Shown here one piece after another: positions 55,856 to 64,000 of a stretch of 64,000 nt of DNA. The position numbers were made by a program, and so were the translations under genes. Source of the DNA: Eledone cirrhosa (taxonomy: Eukaryota). The stretch's first letter is position 1. Every line of letters begins with the position of its first letter. The notes under the pieces are model-generated. The model was not told the DNA's origin, ran no database searches, and saw only the letters and a program-made list of their open reading frames with translations. The stretch is from the NCBI GenBank assembly GCA_964016885.1, contig OZ024745.1:20212001-20276000 (forward strand), read 5' to 3'.

Positions 55856-56090
55856 CGTTACTATAATTCTAGTTATTGTTCTAAATCTTGTAACCGCATT
55901 TATTATCATCGACGTTAAATTGTCTCATTTACCAGAAATCAATGATATGCATTAGATAGAAGAGAGAGGTGGGGGATGCTGAGAGGAAGTGAGAGAGAGT
56001 GAGAGAGAGTTACGTAATAGGATATGTAATGATATACGGAGAGAGGGAGGCGGGGGGAGAGAAAAACCGCGAATGATAGATACATAGATA

Positions 56091-58014
56091 TATTTCTTTA
56101 TTAGCCACAAGGGCGCACAAGAAAAGGGGACAATACAAAGACATGCCGGGGATTTTACATACAGTCGTGTAAAAAATATAAAAACAAACAATTACAACAA
56201 TCGAAATCCCCAATAGGGGGGAGGCGCCACAAATGGGTTGTTTAATACCCCGTCGATAGAACAACCCTCAACTCCAGGAGCGTGTTGTGCAAGTACTCCT
56301 TTCTTCCTTTTGCTCTCTTCCTCAACCTACAGGCTTATAAACAGAGAAGGCCCAATCACTCGGGCCATTTTCGCTTCATTCAACCACCTTTCAGTAAATT
56401 TACTGGGGTGCAGTGCCTCTCTCTCCACCCTGATTCTCCTTCTAAAGTGATACTTAAAGAAGGGAATCAATTGTTGTCCGGAGAGAAAGGCATCTGTCCT
56501 TAGTCCTCTCAACCTCGTTCACCATATAACTTCTTTCACCATAGCCACCGTACAGAAGAAAACCGCCTCTCTTTCGTTTTTGAAAGAGGCTGGCGGTTTG
56601 ACCCTTACTATGGACTCGGCAGTCAACTGGATTTGTCCCATACGCGACAACAGTTGTTCTGCATAGTTCCACAGGTCGGTTACGCCCGGGCAGTGTACAA
56701 TTGCGTGCAGGACTGTTTCAATGTCCTGCGCGCATCTTGGACACGTCCTCTTGGAAGGATCCCTGCCGGGGCGTCCGTGCCTGTATTCTTGTCATGAACA
56801 GGTAGAGCTCCTCGGTAGCACTGCCAGGCCAGGGACCTCTGGAAGTTGTCCATAGGTCCCGGGCGGAAAGTCCTACCAAACATACTGGTGAGCTCATCGT
56901 CTTCGACGCCCAGAGTCTCTCCGAGCACGCCGTCGCCCTTGTAACGTACAATCTCTCTATAGAATGTCGAAGTGGAGTCTCCATTGATTGCTGCGCCCGC
57001 TTGCCAGAGGACTGTGAGCGCCTGAGCGCATTCAATGTGCCAGGCGCCCATCGTTTTCGGTCTTTTCTTCACCCAGGACTGCAGCTCCACCAGCGAGACG
57101 AACTGTGGGAAAGCCTGTCTCACAAACGGTGCCCACACCGGTTGGGGGTCGGTGAGGAATACCTGGAGATGCCGCAGCCTCAGCGCATGTTTGCGCATCA
57201 TCAACCACGGCATTCCCAGCCCTCCGTTGGAAGGGTGCTGACAGCAGACGGATCTCCTCACCAGCGGAGCCTGCTTCTTCCACAGAAACTGGAAGAGCAT
57301 GCGTTCCATCTTGGCGAGGTGTTCACGGGGACAAGGCACGACAGTCAAGCGGTAGTAGATGACGGACGCTATGAAAGTGTTCGCCACCTCCGCTCGACCT
57401 TTCAAGGACAGTTTGCACTCTGCCCACTTCTGGGTGAGTGCAAACACCTTGGCCGTGACATCGTTCAAGTTTTTCTCCACCTAGCGGTCTGGACCGAACC
57501 AGACCCCGAGCAATTTCACCGATCCGTCCGTCCAGCGTCCAACAACCTGTCGGACGTCATCGGTTTGCCTCTCCACGTACCGAGTTGCAAACCGACAGAC
57601 TTGTCCGGGTTTAGTTTTGCTCCCGTCAGTGTTTCGTATTCTTTCAGTAAGTTGCCGATCACCCCGATTTCCGAGGTGCTCGACACCATTACCGTCACGT
57701 CGTCGGCATAAGCCGACGCCGCTTTGCGCAGTCCCGGTTCTAGAGGGATGCCCTGCAACAGCTCCAATTTCCGCAGTAGTGGCTCTAGAGTCAATACATA
57801 CAGAATGGAGGAGAGAAGGCACCCCTGTCGAATGGAACGCGTGATTGCGAACGGCTCCGATAGGTAGCCGTTCACCTTGACCCTCGAGCAGATGCTGGTG
57901 TGCATCGCCTCGATCCATCCTCTGAACACGGGACCGAAACCGGCCGCTTTGAGAACCGCTTGCAAGTATCGATGGTCGACCCTATCGAATGCCTTAGACT
58001 GATCCAAGTTGATC
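56091..58014 (-). mobile_element. 5'-truncated Tx1/L1-clade LINE (RT and C-terminal region), pseudogenised
   Basis: LDQSKAFDRVDH, SIRQGCLLS, YADD and GGLG motifs. Frameshift near 57540 and TAG at 57481. 13-bp target-site duplication agatacatagata at 56078-56090 and 58015-58027. Confidence 0.9.
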
Positions 58015-58271
58015 AGATACATAGATAAACATTCAGTTAGATATATATATATATATATTTAGTTAGGTAATAAACAACATAAAATAATTAATTCATTTAC
58101 CAGTGGTTTCTTGAAGACAGGTATTTATATGTCTTCAGTCGTCAGAACGAAAAATAATATACGCACACACACACATATATATATATAACGAAGGAAGTGT
58201 GGTAAGGAACCAGGTGGAACATAACGCACCAGAGTACTCAATACTTTGGGTAGTAGAGTGGGGTCTTGACT

Positions 58272-58323
<52 letters not shown>

Positions 58324-58370
58324 GTCAGTTACAAATATTAAGCTCTAAGAAAATACTTCTGAGCATTACA

Positions 58371-58956
58371 TTATAATTAAAAAAAATATATGATCAACAC
58401 TACTGTGTTTTTTTTTGCAAAATGACAATAATTTTTTAGCCAGATAGAAATACCTTAATTCAAGTACATATAGTCCGTCTGTATCGATATTAAATCTATA
58501 CTTACAGACGTAAAATGGCAACTGCCTGGTGCCTAGACAAGTTTAAATTTCAAAATTCAAACCTTTTCAGCAGATCGGGCGGAACTTCAAAACATAAACC
58601 TGTTTCACAAGGGATGTTATACTAATGATTACTTTACTAATAATTATTTTATAAATAGTTGTTCCGTAATTAATTAATTATTTCATTAGTATAACATCCC
58701 TTGTGAAACAGGTTTATGTTTTGAAGTTCCGCCCGATCTGCTGAAAAGGTTTGAATTTTGAAATTTAAACTTGTCTAGGCACCAGGCAGTTGCCATTTTA
58801 CGTCTGTAAGTATAGATTTAATATTTAATATTCTCTAGATCGATACAGACGGACTATATGTACTTGAATTAAGGTATTTCTATCTGGCTAAAAAATTATT
58901 GTCATTTTGCAAAAAAAACACAGTAGTGTTGATCATATATTTTTTTAAATTATAAT
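58371..58956. repeat. Near-perfect inverted repeat with arms of about 260 bp and a spacer of about 54 bp
   Basis: 58371-58628 is the reverse complement of 58683-58956 apart from one insertion of about 17 nt. Confidence 0.92.
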
Positions 58957-60044
58957 ATATATATATATATGTAGCCTGTTGAGAAAGTGACTTCCTTGTT
59001 CGATCATCTTACCAAAAGCTTAACATTATTTGTCTAAGCAGACAGTACTTGATTTACGACTTGCAGAAACCCAAATGCTGGATTTTACCAACCTTCCAGG
59101 GGTCCGGGTATAATTTTCAATCATATTTTAGTTGTTTGACCCGAATTACTTGGTCGTTTCTATGGCTGTGCGGATAATGGTTTAACCATCGTCTCAGTGT
59201 GTTTGGCCTTTTAACTTATGTTGTAGCTCTAGTTAACTAGCTTCTATGGAGCGCTTGCCACACATCTCGGAAGTTGTTTTTCGCTAATTTCCAATAGCCG
59301 AAATACGATTCTCGCTAATTTATATTTATATATATATATATTAAATTCATAGGGATATATGTCTAAATATATACATATATCCCTATGAATTTAATATATG
59401 CTCCCATACGGGAGAGTAAAACTTTAGGCAGTATCTCGCTGCGCTTTCTAGCAGCCAGCCTACTTGCCACCTGGCCACCATTCACAACCTTCTAATTTGA
59501 CCACTAGCCCCGTGATGATTCTTAGCCATTTTTTAATTCATTTCTGGCGGTGATCACTGTAGAAATTTTAGTCCAAACTTGAGGAGTCTCTTGATAAGCT
59601 AGAAGCCTCATGGATAATACCAGGACCGGATATATCCACAAAGTGCAAGCGAAACTGTCGACAGTCGGGACTAGAGGAATTTTGGTAGTTTATATGCATT
59701 GTTTCTTCCAACTTATATTTCAGACCTAGCTCCGTTTAATTGATTATTTGTCTAGTTAATTTCTATGGGCTAAAAGGAATGACTAGATAAATGGGCTAAA
59801 AGGAATGACTAGATAAATTTTATCTGGCTGTCCCTCGCGGAAAATAGTCTGTATCATTTGTCTATTATTTCTTTATAGTTACATTTTAAACTTATAGTCT
59901 CGTTTAAATGATTATTTATCTGGTTGATTTCTACGGACTGTATATATTTATCTAATAATTCTTCAATCTTGCAATTTTATATATATATATATATATATAT
60001 ATCAATATGCATAAGGTTGGTGTATACGTTCAAAAATCTGGCAG

Positions 60045-60101
60045 GAAGGTATACGTTGCTGACGATAGCTAATAAGCTTGAAACTAGTACAGCATTCCTT
60101 T
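60045..60101 (+). ncRNA. Minimal hammerhead ribozyme with palindromic stem III
   Basis: gttg-CTGACGA-tagct aata agctt-GAAA-cta-GTA-cagc. The ACTAGT palindrome suggests dimeric activity. Confidence 0.75.
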
Positions 60102-60688
60102 GTCAGTGTTGAACAAACGAGCAACAATGGTTGCTAGACACTACGGGTTAATACGGGATGTTTGTTTACAAACACACCTCGCGTTATAATAAATGTTCGG
60201 TGAATCCATACGTACATATATATATGTGTGCATGTATGTATATATATATACATACTACTGTACGTCTATATACATATATGTATGTATGTGTACATACTTA
60301 TATTTAAGTAACAGCCGTACTAAGAGTGGGAAATGAAATTTCGTTTCATTTTTTCCGTTTATTAATATATACTTATACATATACATATAAATATATAAAT
60401 ATATAAATATATAAATATATATGCATATAAATAGATATAGATATACCTAGAAATCTCCCCCTCTCTCTCGCTTTTTATTTATTTATATATTATATATACA
60501 TTTCGTGGTCAGTTATATAAACATTTCGATATCATTGATCAATACCAAGAACACATAAACTTGCAAAATGTGTATAGTTGAAATGTATTATATAATCTGG
60601 GGGAAATATTTACTTAACAATAAGCTGGTACGCGTATTCAATTGCAGAGATAAGCAATACAGAACTTTCTCCCATTATAATCCCGACT

Positions 60689-60875
60689 AGCGGTGAATTG
60701 GCAGTATCGGTAGAGCGTCGGACGCCATGCTTTCCAGCAAAGAGTTACGTCCATTTACAATCTGAGTTCAAATCCCGTCGAGGTTAACTTTGCCTTTCAT
60801 CCTTACGGGGTCGATAAAATAAAGTACCAGTAATGTACTGGGTAATTGCTGGCCTTGTGCCAGTAGAAACAATTA
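60689..60875 (+). mobile_element. Nin-domain SINE with target-site duplication
   Basis: Flanking direct repeat attataatcccgactag. Confidence 0.88.
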
Positions 60876-61074
60876 TAATCCCGACTAGTACACAATTCAA
60901 ACTCGGTATCATATTCTTCGAGCATAGACATAAATACTATTATTTACCTTTACTCTGTCTGAGTCCCTCTGCATGATCCCTAATACCCTACAAAATACTA
61001 TCTTTAACTAAGCCGTATCCAAGCCGTATACCAATACTAACCAGGACGGCAATATAAAACTCTTTAATCTGAAA

Positions 61075-61140
61075 GCCCTTTCCTGATGATTTCTTTCGAA
61101 TGAAACAGCTCTAGTCCTGTAGAAGCCATTTCTATATTAA
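61075..61140 (+). ncRNA. Hammerhead-like motif
   Basis: CTGATGA-tttc tttc gaat-GAAAC-agctcta-GTC. Stem I is imperfect. Confidence 0.5.
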
Positions 61141-61321
61141 ATTTTGAATATACTCTACTAATGTTTTGAGTATTTAACTTACTGTGATTACCCCCGATTG
61201 AACCCGGGACTCATATATATATTTAATATAGAAAGGCTTTCTACATTATTAAATATTTATACTCTGCCTTGTATTGAGTACCTTACTTATTGTGGTTACC
61301 CCCGATTGAACCCGGGATAAA

Positions 61322-61380
<59 letters not shown>

Positions 61381-61555
61381 AAATGTTCAAGACCCCGACA
61401 GCAGAGCTCAAGCCGTTTCGACGGCTATTTCTGGACCATTTCTTGAGCTCTGCCGCCGCGGTCTTGAACATTTTCCTAGTACCCACTCTACTACTCTAAG
61501 TATTGAGTACTCTGGTGCGTTATGGTCCACCTGGTTCCCTCCCACACTTCCTTCG

Positions 61556-61598
<43 letters not shown>

Positions 61599-62366
61599 CC
61601 TTCATCAGTGATCTTCCAACCTTCATTGGTATTTCATCGCTTCAAAAATCATATACCTCTGGTTGGTGCGAGCAATAACTAAATAAAGTTATTGGGACAA
61701 GTAAAATAGGGTGAAACGAGCGAGACATGTAAATAAACAAAGATGGTATTGCAAGCGATGAAATACCAATGAAGGTTGGAAAATCACTGATGAAGGACTA
61801 AATTTATTCATATGTAACCCATGTGCAACCACGTAGCACTTCATTTTCTTATATTTATATTTTTCCCTCAGCTGCGATTGTCTGTTTCTTTCTTACTGCT
61901 TCCCCTCTCTCTGTATCTCTCACCTTCTTTTTACCCCCTCTGCCAGTCACACTCTCTCTCGGCAGGTCTCTTCCTCACACTTCCATTCACTCACTCTCTG
62001 CTTCTCCCCCTCTCTCACTTCCTCCCGTTTGACCTGCGTGAAATCCTTTTCTCGCTCACATCTCACCCATGTCGGATGGTCTGTATCTCTCGTCCATGAA
62101 TTCACCAAGCTTAAGCTTACAGATATCATGTACTTGTCTCTTCCTATCTTTCCGTTGCAATACCATCGTTGTTTGTTTCCATGTCTCACTCGTTTCACCC
62201 TATGTTACTTGTCCCAATAACTTTATTTAGTTATTGCTCGCACCAACCAGAGGTATATGATTTTTAAAGCGATGAAATACCAATGAAGGTTAGAAGATCA
62301 AAGATTAATGACTAATTTTATTCATATGTAACCCATGTGCAACCACGCAGCACTCCATTTTTCTCA

Positions 62367-62403
<37 letters not shown>

Positions 62404-62832
62404 TACAATAATTTCTATACTTTTCATATATATATATATATATACATACGTATGGTAGGAGAGAGAGAGGAAGTGTATAGCTGAGTCGCAGTGTCCTTCA
62501 ATATAAGTATAAATATATAAATATATTTTTGTGTTAGGTTTTGGTTACCTTTTTCTCATTCCAACGACTTCCCACCCAAACCCATAATTTTCTTCTCCCA
62601 TTTCACACAGGCACCATTTCATCCCAACACACAGCACCACTCAGGATCCCTACCAATATTACCTGCCACCGACACCACCACCACCACCACCATACATAAC
62701 AACCCTATATATATATATATACGTTAGGAGATATCGACTATATTTGCAATGGAAGCTTTGACGCCAAACACTCTTCTCTAACGTTCCATCTTGAACGATA
62801 GAGAAAAAAACAACCCAAACTATACATACATA

Positions 62833-62872
<40 letters not shown>

Positions 62873-62931
62873 CATACACACACACATATATATATACACA
62901 TGCATATATTTATATAACCACCACCACCACC

Positions 62932-62963
<32 letters not shown>

Positions 62964-63029
62964 ATTTAACCAATTCATTTGAAATTTTTTTATCTCGCTT
63001 TGCTTTATGTTATCGGTTTCGGATATAAC

Positions 63030-63051
63030 GTGTTGTTGTTGTTGTTGTTGC

Positions 63052-63127
<76 letters not shown>

Positions 63128-63188
63128 CTTCTTCTTCTTCTTCTTCTTCTTCTTCTTCTTCTTCTTCTTCTTCTTCTTCTTCTTCTTC
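63030..63188. repeat. (TTG)n-(TTC)n compound microsatellite
   Basis: Seen directly. Confidence 0.95.
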
Positions 63189-63223
63189 CATATTAGCGTC
63201 CATTTTTCTTCCGATTTCTGTTT

Positions 63224-63274
<51 letters not shown>

Positions 63275-63281
63275 CACACAA

Positions 63282-63321
<40 letters not shown>

Positions 63322-63331
63322 TTACACACAA

Positions 63332-63373
<42 letters not shown>

Positions 63374-63619
63374 TTTCCATCCCTTTTCATCATCTCTTCC
63401 GTTTTGCCTTGCACCCCCCTTCGCCTCTCCCCAACCTCTATCTCTTCTTACCTCCCTTTCTTCCCTCTCTACGATTAGCGATAACGTTTAGAGATAACTC
63501 GACCATCACTGATAGCATTCACATCAATTTTAATTATTTTGTTTTTAATGTTACCTTCGCTTTGCTTTTGCTGTTCGCTTCTTGTTACCTTCATTCATTG
63601 ATTTATATATTTATCTACT

Positions 63620-63777
<158 letters not shown>

Positions 63778-64000
63778 TTATTTATATATATATTTATCTC
63801 TCTCTCTATATATTTTTTTCTCATATATACTTATATACGCATACGTATACAAGTGTTTATTTGTCTGTTTAAGAACGAGTCTGTGTGTGACGTCTGTGTG
63901 TGACGTCTGTGTGTGTGTGTGTGTGTGTGTATGTATATGTGTGTGTATGTGACAATGTGTGTCAGTGTGTGTGTGTGTGAGAATATGCGCGTGTATATGT

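Noticed and set aside
55322-55955. Poly-Ser, poly-Leu and poly-Val ORFs, plus the many YI, CV, TH, poly-Q and poly-E ORFs elsewhere
   Set aside because: Microsatellite translations with no splice or domain context.
57001-57844. Plus-strand ORFs of 236 aa and 75 aa
   Set aside because: Antisense shadows of the GC-rich LINE RT frame.
61740-61830. CTGATGA in the repeat family at 31100, 49320 and 61595 as a hammerhead
   Set aside because: No properly spaced stem II plus GAAA follows it, so it was not counted.

Overview
Eukaryotic, very AT-rich, microsatellite-dense animal DNA. The tRNA-headed Nin-domain SINEs and repeat landscape suggest an octopus or other coleoid cephalopod (inference). Two spliced protein-coding genes were reconstructed by hand on the minus strand. 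(1) A 14-exon divergent myosin motor domain (ATG at 29273, about 640 aa visible, running off the left edge) whose switch-II catalytic Glu is replaced by Met. (2) A secreted phospholipase A2 (signal peptide, RKR propeptide, intact His48/Asp49/Tyr52/Asp99, 10 Cys) with two alternative last exons (41175-41311 and 35827-35972) that encode the same core but different amphipathic C-terminal tails. Between these two exons lies a Naiad-like Penelope retroelement whose inverted terminal repeats each carry a hammerhead ribozyme. The rest of the window holds about a dozen more hammerhead or hammerhead-like motifs in short, often palindromic, elements embedded in (TA)n. It also holds more than 25 SINE copies, RTE, Tx1-like and CRE-like LINE fragments, two non-autonomous Helitrons, a composite TIR element with convergent tRNA-like units, and 34-bp and 35-bp minisatellites. 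Most ORFs in the supplied track are microsatellite artefacts.
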